Assembly: GCA_031553315.1 (NCBI GenBank)
Contig: JAVBLT010000020.1
Coordinates: 20,856 to 84,855 of the forward strand
Origin: Kiritimatiellia bacterium
GTDB taxonomy: Bacteria > Verrucomicrobiota > Kiritimatiellia > RFP12 > DVOR01
DNA: 64,000 nucleotides
Direction: 5' to 3'
Shown here: piece by piece, positions 47,701-55,787 of the stretch
Layout: each line of letters begins with the position of its first letter
Position numbering within the stretch: the first letter of the stretch is position 1
Notes under the pieces: model-generated
What the model saw: the letters and a program-made list of their open reading frames with translations, nothing else
What the model was told of the DNA's origin: nothing
Databases searched by the model: none
Position numbers and translations under genes: made by a program

Positions 47701-50603
47701 TCACCCTCAACGGCGCCATCGATTTTGGCACGTGCCGCCCCACCGCCGCCACGCTCGACCCCGCCTCCGCCGGCTTGGTTAATCTCAAAATCACCGCCGC
47801 GGAAATCAAAGCCGCCAAAGTTCCCCTGATTGGCTGGAACGGCGCCGAGCCGCCCGAAAATGTGACCTTCGCCATTTACGGAACCGATGGCGCGCTCCTG
47901 CCAACCGCCCGTGTGAAAGTGGATCCCGCCAGCCGCAGCCTTTGCCTTGCAATCAACGAAACCGTTTGGAACGGAACCCTTGATCCCGCCTCCCTGAGCG
48001 CCACCTCCAATCTCGCTCTCGGAGACGCTGCAACGGCGGATAGCCTGCTCAATTTCCAATGGCTGCTTGTGCCGCCCTCCGGCGCCACAGTGACCTGCCT
48101 TCCCGGCGCTTCCATCCGCCCCGCCGCCGGTACGGTGTTTGATGGCCCGCTCACGCTCGATGCCACAGCCCTTTCCGCGTGCGCCGGTTACACCGCCTTC
48201 GGCATGCCCTACACCGCCTGCCTCCTTTACGGAACAATCGGCAATACCGACCTCGTCACCGTGATTCCTCCGGAAGTGCCGACCGGCTACACCGCCACGG
48301 TCGAGGTCTTCGCCGACGGCGTGTACCTGACTCTCGCCTCGCCGATCATCGAAAACCCCAGCCTCTGCGTCAACTTCACCGCCAATGCCATGACGGGCGT
48401 TAAAGATAAAGAGCCGCCTTACTTCGGAGCCCTGAGCAATCCTGCCGCCCGTTACGGCGTCTTCCCCGTGTTGGGTTCCGAATGGTTCGAGGTTTTTGTC
48501 GCCAACACCAACCTGCCCTTCACCGTTGAAATCGCCCCCGGTCTCTCCGTTTCCGGCGAAAATCACCGCGGAGCCTATGGCGGAACCACCTTCCCCGCCG
48601 ACTATCTCAAGGGGTATATCGACGACAATTCCGCAGTCTCCTCCCCCACCGTTGCCATTACAGGTCTTGAAGAAGCGTTCGGCGCCGGTGCGAAATACCG
48701 TGTGATCGTCTACTCCTCGACCAACTACAACGGCGCCAAATTCGGTTACATGACCATCGGCGGCGTGAACTACTCCATCGCCCACAGCCACACCGTCGGT
48801 GCTCGCGATGACAACTGGGGCAGCCCTCAGGCCGCGCTTTTGGCCGAGGGTAATTATCACCTCGTTTCCGATGTGCTGACCGGCGATGCCGTCACCGTTA
48901 CGGCTCACAGCAAGAGTACAAACGTTCGCGGAACGATTGCCGCCATCCAGGTTGTGCAGGTGTTCGATGAAGCCAAAGCCGTGCCGTTTTTCAAAGCCGC
49001 CGAAGTGGCCGATGGAAGCTGGACGGCGCTCCCCTGGGTAAACATAAGCGAAAATGATGAACCTTACACCGGCGATTGGATCGAACCCGGCGCTGTGGTG
49101 TGGATTGATGCCTCCAATGGCGACCCCGTCACGCTCACGGTTGAAGCTCCCGTTGAGATTTCCAAGCTCATCGTCACCGGTTCGGGCGAGGTCACGCTCA
49201 CCCTGGGCGATGCGGGAAGCTTTTCCGCCATTGATTATGATTTCGCCGCTCATACCGGAAAATTTACCGTTGGTTTTGCCACGGGTGCGGCGAACGTCGC
49301 CGTGGGTACCCACACCCGGCTTGTCGGCGGTTCCGGCTCGCTGACCATCGCAGCCGATAAAATGGCCTCCATTCCCACCTTCGGCGCGTGGAGCGGCTAT
49401 ATGGTGAAAAACGGTATCCTTCGCTATCACAATTCAATCGCGGTAACCAACAGCATTCCCGCTCAGACCGGAACAGTCGCTTTCAACTCGCTCTCCTTTG
49501 TCGGCAGCGGAACGAACGGTCTTGCCGTGCCCACGCTCTTAATGGAAGAGGGCGATGAAGTGACGCTTGTCAACAACTCAACGAGCGCCGCAACCCGGTT
49601 TGACAGCAATGCCGTCATCACCGGCGGTACGTTGACCATCGACGCGAATAAAAACCCGGCGGCGTTTTGGAACGGCAACCGCACCATCACCCAAACCGGC
49701 GGCAGCGTTGTCCATCTGGGTACCGGCACAATGACCGGCACCGCCAACGCCACCGGTTTTGTTGTGGGTACCGGTTCGGGTTATACCACCTGGAATATGA
49801 GCGGCGGAACCATTCACTCCCCCAACGCGCCGCTCCATTTCTGGGCCAACGGCGGCGCAATTACGCTTTCCGGAACGGCCCGGGCGACCTTTACGGGCGT
49901 GATTTGCGAGGGTGGCGGCGACCGCCAGTATACACGGCTGATTGTGAAAGACGGCGCCACGCTCGCGCTCGGAGCGCGGGGAATTACCCGAACTGCGATT
50001 ATGACCCAGTTTCATGTGTCCGATGCTTCTCTTACCGCATCCGCCTCCACTGGTATCGCCCATGCGATGACGGTGGGCGGGGTGGCGAACCTCAGCGCTG
50101 CTGCCGGTCAAACGCTCACCTTTACCGGAGCGCTTTCCGGCGCCGGCGGCATGGCCGTAACCGGCGGCACGCTTGCCCTTGGCGGTGAAGTTTCGGTGGC
50201 CGGCGAAGTGGCGGTTGAAACGGGCGCGACCCTGCGCGCCGCCTCCGCGGCCATCAACCCCGAAAGCGGCGTCCGCGTGAAAAACGGCGCCACGCTCACC
50301 GGATCCGGAACCATCGGAACCGGCTTGGCCTTCGAAGACGGCGCCGTGCTTCTGAAGCCCTCCGCCGATCCTCTCGATGCCCTCACCCTTACCGGTTCGC
50401 TTACCCTCCCCGAAACCGGTGCGCTTCGCGTGGCCTCGATCGGCGGGCTTGCCAACAGCGTGAAGTATTACATCCTCAAAGGCGCCGGCACGCAAGACGC
50501 CGACCTCGACAGGATCGCCCCTGCCGACGAAGCCCGAGTGGGCAAAGACGAAACCGGCATCTTCCTCCGCCGCCGGATCGGGATCCTCATCAGCATCTAT
50601 TGA
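44748..50603 (+). CDS. Large secreted protein 3 (about 1951 aa), paralog of protein 2
   Basis: ATG 44748 with AAGGA RBS and a signal peptide; colinear with protein 2; ends IGILISIY. Confidence 0.85.
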   Translation: MKNIGNFKRLRIGVSLMALFPLLAAAGSISLNFTPAGNIGDLEAGTNYGLAPADGSAWTQITAVSGGGEANLNELWSAPVILKDAKGVITTATIETDARALERGNGTNYDGLLRGYFLDYWVGARWEQQSWPRIKLSNIPYARYRIYVYMCNASIVKNASLTITPEGGEQSLYYYMSGATLKTAATPTAWGDKAVTAPTLGSNCLLTPILSEPTITIKLHRVAGESRASVAAMQIVEMDEPTLTLSSDATINPVDYTPCSALTIVNNGTGNTLTLNGAISLSSLNVSGNPLIIKQSAPLSIENTVEINTAITFVPAITSSVWPQRHLLINAPAVTLGASGSVQFAPSREGFIVSQEGSLGAGLSAIVRSALPEPGSARTVSVNFASDISSLAGETGMVGAYPVDASLWINCNQYGNTGANPTQTVLSALADNLGNTNETSSLQVASRGGGYYSGTKNTLIGKLMYGYLDDSNNGSNYAGFKVTNVPYDSYAVVIYFNNAGGQANPFIAYRVNGSYYRGDAALGGTLPASGATAYWGSKSTTALTEGGNYLVIGGFSKERTPDLLVSIDNWGSGGYRGCISGFQLIETDSTIPAETFSATVSGDATLSQIAWDDGKAWIGGSPNTSATITFEGDATLTLDGVVSLKSFTLISSGRLLIKNAATPLSVYNWDLGGVAALELDGQGSTLLPSPMAAIPKKYFYTAPSATLNVASGEVYEMHAGSAESPAVYTASYAGGALEISGGNYRMTAPPTNTRTALDISGNPVVRFHNGTAEQTFGIGKMNAVISGGTIYASKFVTTEGADFRTNTVDITGGDIIISGTGAASATSTAALMFGHWSAGNSVVTLSGGSIRADQGGFRISNDSPVDFTVSGTGYLRVKGIGGKGTQPTAFTVADGGEVAIGVNGFTSLANLTFTLAGGALTSFENNTISMAITAREGTVSTISAAAGVTATLNAIQGGGSLILGTAANTGTLKLASALPAFTGTLTLNGAIDFGTCRPTAATLDPASAGLVNLKITAAEIKAAKVPLIGWNGAEPPENVTFAIYGTDGALLPTARVKVDPASRSLCLAINETVWNGTLDPASLSATSNLALGDAATADSLLNFQWLLVPPSGATVTCLPGASIRPAAGTVFDGPLTLDATALSACAGYTAFGMPYTACLLYGTIGNTDLVTVIPPEVPTGYTATVEVFADGVYLTLASPIIENPSLCVNFTANAMTGVKDKEPPYFGALSNPAARYGVFPVLGSEWFEVFVANTNLPFTVEIAPGLSVSGENHRGAYGGTTFPADYLKGYIDDNSAVSSPTVAITGLEEAFGAGAKYRVIVYSSTNYNGAKFGYMTIGGVNYSIAHSHTVGARDDNWGSPQAALLAEGNYHLVSDVLTGDAVTVTAHSKSTNVRGTIAAIQVVQVFDEAKAVPFFKAAEVADGSWTALPWVNISENDEPYTGDWIEPGAVVWIDASNGDPVTLTVEAPVEISKLIVTGSGEVTLTLGDAGSFSAIDYDFAAHTGKFTVGFATGAANVAVGTHTRLVGGSGSLTIAADKMASIPTFGAWSGYMVKNGILRYHNSIAVTNSIPAQTGTVAFNSLSFVGSGTNGLAVPTLLMEEGDEVTLVNNSTSAATRFDSNAVITGGTLTIDANKNPAAFWNGNRTITQTGGSVVHLGTGTMTGTANATGFVVGTGSGYTTWNMSGGTIHSPNAPLHFWANGGAITLSGTARATFTGVICEGGGDRQYTRLIVKDGATLALGARGITRTAIMTQFHVSDASLTASASTGIAHAMTVGGVANLSAAAGQTLTFTGALSGAGGMAVTGGTLALGGEVSVAGEVAVETGATLRAASAAINPESGVRVKNGATLTGSGTIGTGLAFEDGAVLLKPSADPLDALTLTGSLTLPETGALRVASIGGLANSVKYYILKGAGTQDADLDRIAPADEARVGKDETGIFLRRRIGILISIY

Positions 50604-50620
50604 GATCCGCTATGAAACGG

Positions 50621-50653
50621 AAGCGGCGCCTCCTCTTGGGAAGCGCCGCTTTT
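50621..50653 (+). terminator. Intrinsic terminator
   Basis: aagcggcgc-loop-gcgccgctttt; same stem as the terminator after protein 2. Confidence 0.75.
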
Positions 50654-50679
50654 CTTTTCACCGGATATTTCCGGTTCTT

Positions 50680-50842
50680 TAGAGCATATTTCGATTGATC
50701 TTTCCGCTTTTTCTCGGTGCTTTTTGTTTTTGAACTTCACCCTTTCAGATCACCGTAGCGTTGCTACGGCTCACCTCAAGCGTTTGTCAAAACCAAAATT
50801 CACCTTCGCAAAATCCGGAAATCTCATTCGAAACTTGCTCTA
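50680..50842. repeat. MITE-like palindromic repeat, copy 3
   Basis: Perfect termini TAGAGCA/TGCTCTA; near-identical to 22167-22328. Confidence 0.85.
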
Positions 50843-50869
50843 GGGGAAGCGAAATCAGCCGGTCGGGGT

Positions 50870-51700
50870 TCAGAGCGCCAGCGTCAGCTTTTCCCATTCG
50901 GCGACGGTCAGCGTTTCCGGTCTGCGCATGGGGTCGATGCCCGCCGCTTCAAGCGCCTGCGGCGCATTCGGCCAGGGGCCTTTGCGCAGAATGGTCGCGA
51001 GCTGTTTGCGGCGGTAGAGGAAGCAGTGTTTGGTGAGCGCGCGGAAGCGTTCTTTCTGCGCGGGGGAAAGCGTGCCGCGGGTGTGGCGGCGCATCGCCGC
51101 AATGGTCGATTGAACCTCGGGGCGGGGCCAGAAACAGGAGGCCTTCACGTGGCGCACGATCGACACGTCGAAATCAAGCTGGAGCCACACCCCCGCCACG
51201 CCTCGATCGGGGGCGCCCGCCTCGGCGGCGAAGCGCTCGGCCACTTCGGTCTGAACCATCGTCACGAGTGTGGCGGGCGCGAGCGGGTCGGCGGCCACAT
51301 CCATGAGAATGCGCGTGCCGACCGAGTAGGGGAGGTTGGAGAGAAACGCGTCGAACGGTTCCGGCGAGAGCGATGAAAGCGGGCATTCGAGCATATCGGC
51401 ATTGCGCAGCTCGAGGCGGTCGGGGAAGCCGGGCCGGAGTGATTCCGCGAGCCACTCGGCGAGGCGCTTGTCCTTCTCCACGGCGGTCACGCGCGCGCCG
51501 CGGCGCAGCAGTTCTTCCGTCATCACGCCCAGGCCGGGGCCCACCTCAAGCACGCGCGCGCCTGCGGTGAGGCCGGCCGCATCGACAATCGCTTCGAGGA
51601 TGTTGCGGTCAATGAGGAAATTCTGCCCGAGCACCTTGTTGGGGTGAAAGCCCCGCTCGATGCACCAGGCTTTTACTTCGCTGGGGCTTGTGCGGTTCAC
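50870..51700 (-). CDS. rsmA: 16S rRNA adenine dimethyltransferase
   Basis: LGQNFLID, LEVGPGLG, SNLPY, MVQTEVA and RPETL motifs; GTG start at 51700. Confidence 0.95.
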   Translation of the reverse strand: MNRTSPSEVKAWCIERGFHPNKVLGQNFLIDRNILEAIVDAAGLTAGARVLEVGPGLGVMTEELLRRGARVTAVEKDKRLAEWLAESLRPGFPDRLELRNADMLECPLSSLSPEPFDAFLSNLPYSVGTRILMDVAADPLAPATLVTMVQTEVAERFAAEAGAPDRGVAGVWLQLDFDVSIVRHVKASCFWPRPEVQSTIAAMRRHTRGTLSPAQKERFRALTKHCFLYRRKQLATILRKGPWPNAPQALEAAGIDPMRRPETLTVAEWEKLTLAL

Positions 51701-52662
51701 AGCGGGCTGATGGTGTTGATTTTCAGCACAGCCTTCGAGCGGAGCGCTTCGATCCATTCCGTCATGCGCTGGCGGTAACGGGTTTCGCGCAGCTTCGCCT
51801 CGACCTTCGGCCAGGCGGCGTCGAGCGGCAGCACGGCGGCCTTCACTTCGCTCTCCTTGTAGAGAATGTAGTTCTGGTCGGCCAGCTTCACAATGCCCGA
51901 ATATTCGCCCGGCTTCAATGCCGCCAGCGCGGTCACGATGGCTTCGGAAAAGGTCTCCTCCGGGTCGATCACGCCCCAGCTGCCGCCGTCTTGCGCGCGG
52001 GTATCCTTGGAATAACGCTTCGCCACATCGGCGAAGGGCGTGCCTGCCTTGAGCTCGGCAAGGGCCTTTTCGGCTTCGGTCTCGCCTTCCTTTTCAGGAA
52101 TCAGAATCATGCCGACTTTCACGCCCGCGGCGCTGGTGAATTCATCCTTGTGTTCGCCGTAATAGGTGCGGATATCGGCGGGGGTGATGTTGAGCTTCTT
52201 GTCGATCTGCGTGTAGCGGAGCATGGTGAGAATGAGGTTCTCCTCGGTAATTTTTCGCCATTGGTCTCGCGTGATGCCTTCGCGCTGAAGCGCGGATTCA
52301 AACGCGGCCTGATCGCCGTTGAAATTACTCGCGATGATATCGCGGATGTGGTTGTCGAGCGCCGCATCCTGAAGCTTCATCTTCGATTCATTGTAAAACT
52401 TCAGCATGAGCTTGCGGTCGATCATCAGCTCCAGCATGCGGCCGTACGCTTCGCGGAGAAGGGCGGTGCGCTCCTCTTCGGGCACGAGACCGAAATTGAC
52501 CGATTTGCGCACCTCGCGCATCACCTCGTCGATCGTGATCACCTCGCTGTTGACATAGGCGGCCACGCCGTCGAATTGAATGGCCTTCACGGGCGCCGGC
52601 TCCGCGCACCATGCCGCTGAAGTGAACCCGGAAAGCAGTAAAACGATTGCAAGCGATTTCAT
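51697..52662 (-). CDS. surA: SurA-like chaperone / parvulin PPIase
   Basis: Signal peptide, DGVAAYVNSEVIT N-domain, FADVAKRYSKD..GG parvulin motif; upstream of rsmA. Confidence 0.75.
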   Translation of the reverse strand: MKSLAIVLLLSGFTSAAWCAEPAPVKAIQFDGVAAYVNSEVITIDEVMREVRKSVNFGLVPEEERTALLREAYGRMLELMIDRKLMLKFYNESKMKLQDAALDNHIRDIIASNFNGDQAAFESALQREGITRDQWRKITEENLILTMLRYTQIDKKLNITPADIRTYYGEHKDEFTSAAGVKVGMILIPEKEGETEAEKALAELKAGTPFADVAKRYSKDTRAQDGGSWGVIDPEETFSEAIVTALAALKPGEYSGIVKLADQNYILYKESEVKAAVLPLDAAWPKVEAKLRETRYRQRMTEWIEALRSKAVLKINTISPL

Positions 52663-52738
52663 GCGAGTGTTTCTCCTTTATTGAAACGACTCAGTATGAT
52701 ACCCTATTCTCGCGTTTGAATAAAGGATAAACTGATTT

Positions 52739-53602
52739 ATGCCCACACTCGTCACCAGCCTCGCCAATCCCCGCGTGAAAGACGCCGTGCGCCTGCGCCA
52801 GCGCTCCCACCGCGACGCCGCCCGCCTCATGCTCGTGGAAGGCTACCGCGAAATCACCCGCGCCCTCGAGCACGGCTACCGCCCCCGCGCCCTCTTCTAC
52901 TGCGAAGACCTCTGGCTCAAACACGAAAACGAGCCCGGCGTGGTCGCCGCCTGCGAAGCGCTCGGCGCCGAGCTGCTTTCCTGCTCCAAACCCGTCTTCG
53001 AAAAGCTCGCCTACCGCGAACGGCCCGACGGCCTCCTCGCCGTGGGCCCGCAAATCTCACGCACGCTCGAAGACCTAGACCTCCCCGAAAACGCGCTGGT
53101 GCTCGTGGCCGAATCCATTGAAAAGCCCGGGAACCTCGGCACCATGCTCCGCTCGGCCGATGCCTCCGGCGCAGCCGCCGTCATTGTGTGTGATAAATGC
53201 ACCGACATCCACAACCCCAACGTGGTCCGCGCCTCCACCGGCACCCTCTTCACTCTTCCCGTGGTTGAAGCCACCGCCGAAGAAGCCCTCGCCTTTCTGA
53301 AAGCCCGCGGCTTCTCCATCCTCGCCGCCACCCCCCACGCCGAAAAACTCCACTTCGAAGTGTCCCTCACCGGCCCCACCGCCCTCTGCCTCGGCTCCGA
53401 ACAATACGGTCTCACCCACCACTGGATGGATGCCGCCACCCTCCGCGTGCGCATTCCCATGCTCGGCGTGGCCGATTCACTCAACGTGGCCGCCGCCACC
53501 ACCATCCTCCTCTCCGAAGCCGTTCGCCAGCGCATCCTCAGCGGTCAAATTCTTCCGCCCCCCGCCGAACCCTGGCACGGCGAATCCACCCATGACCATT
53601 GA
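52739..53602 (+). CDS. TrmH/SpoU family RNA methyltransferase
   Basis: TSLANP, EKPGNLGTMLRSA, GSEQYGL and IPM..DSLNVA motifs. Confidence 0.93.
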   Translation: MPTLVTSLANPRVKDAVRLRQRSHRDAARLMLVEGYREITRALEHGYRPRALFYCEDLWLKHENEPGVVAACEALGAELLSCSKPVFEKLAYRERPDGLLAVGPQISRTLEDLDLPENALVLVAESIEKPGNLGTMLRSADASGAAAVIVCDKCTDIHNPNVVRASTGTLFTLPVVEATAEEALAFLKARGFSILAATPHAEKLHFEVSLTGPTALCLGSEQYGLTHHWMDAATLRVRIPMLGVADSLNVAAATTILLSEAVRQRILSGQILPPPAEPWHGESTHDH

Positions 53603-53676
53603 TTCGGGGGCTCACCCCCGAACCCCGACGAACGCCGTGCGTTCGATCCCGGTCGCCTCTTTTTGCCACAGATGGT

Positions 53677-55449
53677 TTAGCGCTCTTTTACTGAAATACT
53701 TTCATTTGTTGCTTGAGTGCAATTCAGTGTGACTGTATGTGGGTATTGTTTTTGTGGTGTTCCTTTTTCCCACCATTCATGTTCAGAATTTGCCTCAATT
53801 CGCTCAATTGTCAACGAACTTCTCCAATTTCGAATACCTGGGTTAACACGAACATTTGTCAACGGGTAAGGAGAGTTATTCACAATATGAAACCCATAGG
53901 CAAAAAGCCCTTCGTCAATGTACCATGTTACATTTGGAGTTTTGAAGCTACGCCAATGTGAAGTGTTAGAAATAGCAAGGCTAGTGTTGGCGAAATCGGT
54001 GTGGTAGTCTTTGTATCCACGTTGTATTGCAGAACAAAGCCAATCTGTTGCCTTCTGTTCGTTTTTCGCTGCGGCCGATACATAAAATGCCCACCAACAA
54101 GGCCGCCAGTTGTTAGGTTCCATTTGTGCTGCTTTTGAAAAGCACTCGATTGCTTTTGCCTTGTTTCCTCCCGTGTAATAAATTTCCATGCCAACATAAA
54201 CATGACTTGATGCATTATTGGGCCATTTTGATAAAAGGATATTACTTACAGTTCGAGCATCATCCCAGCGTCCACCTTCATTCAGCCAATGGATCAAAAA
54301 TTCATGAAGTTTGTTTGAAATGATATCATTACTTCGTTTTGTTTTTGGCCACTCTCGAATGGTTGTTGTAAGAAGCTTAATTTTTACTTCAGTCGAGATT
54401 GGTTCGTATCTGCCATTGCAAAACCCTAAGAAAATACTTGCCGGACTCTCTCCTGATTTTTCAATAGATGGGTTACTTCTAAAATAAGTTTTTAGTTCTT
54501 CGCTTAATTGGTTGATTATTTCGTTTACAGCGGCATTCCTTTTTTCTTCAACTTCTTTATTTATTTGATGAATGTTGATTGCAAGACTTGCGATTGCAAC
54601 TGCCGCTCCGAGAAAATCACTATCAGTTGATTCACTAATTGCGTTACCGATATCTGCGGCATTTAAACCACTATTGAACCCTTTGATCATTGCGTCGAGT
54701 CGGTCATCAGACTCTCCTCTGCGAATGGAGCAGATTCGTTTTACTCCATCACGAATTGTTAAAAATATCTTTTGTGTATGAGGTGATGCTGCATCAATGG
54801 TATAAGAACAAAGATCATCAAAAAGAAATTCTCCCATCTCTGGGTTATGTAAATTACTGATTGTAAAAATCATTACATCTGCAGTTTCTTGATCAGGTGA
54901 TTTTTGAGTTGGAACTGGAGATAATGAAAATTCAATTTGCGGTTTTGCTCCATGTTTTGGTTTTTCTTCTTTTTCATGTTCTGTTGCAATGTTTTTAGTA
55001 TTATCAGTTTTGATAATTTCGTTATATTTTGAACACGAACCAATTATTAAAACAATACATAAAAAAGAAATAACTAAACTTTTTGGTTCTTTTTTCTTTA
55101 GAGAAAAGGCAAAGAGGTGAAATCTGCTTATTATAACCTGTGTAATGTTTGCGTAATTTATTTTTTGAAAATCTATAAGAAGTCTCAATGGAATTGATGA
55201 TGTCTGGCAAAAGTAAAGTGTGTCGCCAGTTTTTACTTTAGCTTCGGAAAATGTCTGTGTCTCTTTCAGTATTTTTTCGTTGTTTTTGAATATATAGATA
55301 AGAACTTTTCCATTTGTATCACAGTCTGGTAGATTGTATTGCTCACGAAAAAATGAAATTGCTCGACTGATAAGTGTTTCGTCGGAGAGTTCAATTTCAA
55401 CCAATTCTTTTCGAATTGTATTCCATACCGTTATTTCTAAATTTGCCAT
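53677..55449 (-). CDS. AT-rich gene: ubiquitin-like (YukD/EsaB-type) N-domain, TM segment, TPR region
   Basis: ATG 55449 with GGAGGT RBS. N-terminal LP.CDTNG..Y..L..TQTF..AKVKTGDTL pattern, hydrophobic LVISFLCIVLIIG, and TPR-like KAIECFSKAAQMEPN. Confidence 0.7.
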   Translation of the reverse strand: MANLEITVWNTIRKELVEIELSDETLISRAISFFREQYNLPDCDTNGKVLIYIFKNNEKILKETQTFSEAKVKTGDTLYFCQTSSIPLRLLIDFQKINYANITQVIISRFHLFAFSLKKKEPKSLVISFLCIVLIIGSCSKYNEIIKTDNTKNIATEHEKEEKPKHGAKPQIEFSLSPVPTQKSPDQETADVMIFTISNLHNPEMGEFLFDDLCSYTIDAASPHTQKIFLTIRDGVKRICSIRRGESDDRLDAMIKGFNSGLNAADIGNAISESTDSDFLGAAVAIASLAINIHQINKEVEEKRNAAVNEIINQLSEELKTYFRSNPSIEKSGESPASIFLGFCNGRYEPISTEVKIKLLTTTIREWPKTKRSNDIISNKLHEFLIHWLNEGGRWDDARTVSNILLSKWPNNASSHVYVGMEIYYTGGNKAKAIECFSKAAQMEPNNWRPCWWAFYVSAAAKNEQKATDWLCSAIQRGYKDYHTDFANTSLAISNTSHWRSFKTPNVTWYIDEGLFAYGFHIVNNSPYPLTNVRVNPGIRNWRSSLTIERIEANSEHEWWEKGTPQKQYPHTVTLNCTQATNESISVKER

Positions 55450-55787
55450 AATACCTCCATTGTCAGGGGGCGCTCTGTGTGAGACAAAAAGCACACCTCT
55501 CAGTTCAGTACTCTCAAAGGAGGCTTCGCACGGCCTAAGCTGAAAGCATGAAGAGAGGCGTGCCAAATAATGACACAACCTCCGCTTACATGTCGTTCAG
55601 CTTAAAGAAAGTGCGAATTTCCTTTGAACGATTTGTATGCGGTGAACGCAAATTATTGAAAACTATACGTCTTTGGGGTTGAAGGAAGGTTGCCTAAGCA
55701 ACATCTTCAGCAATCCATCAAACATCATGAGGGTAACAAAAGAATTGATTGAATGCAAGCGTAGTTTTGTCTCTTTCAAAAAAGAAA

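Noticed and set aside
33034-50603. Calling the giant proteins classical autotransporters or T9SS cargo
   Set aside because: No C-terminal 12-strand barrel and no recognisable T9SS CTD.
53636-53665. gttcgatccc resembling a tRNA T-loop at the island boundary
   Set aside because: The flanking bases do not form a T-stem, and there is no cloverleaf or matching att duplicate in the window.
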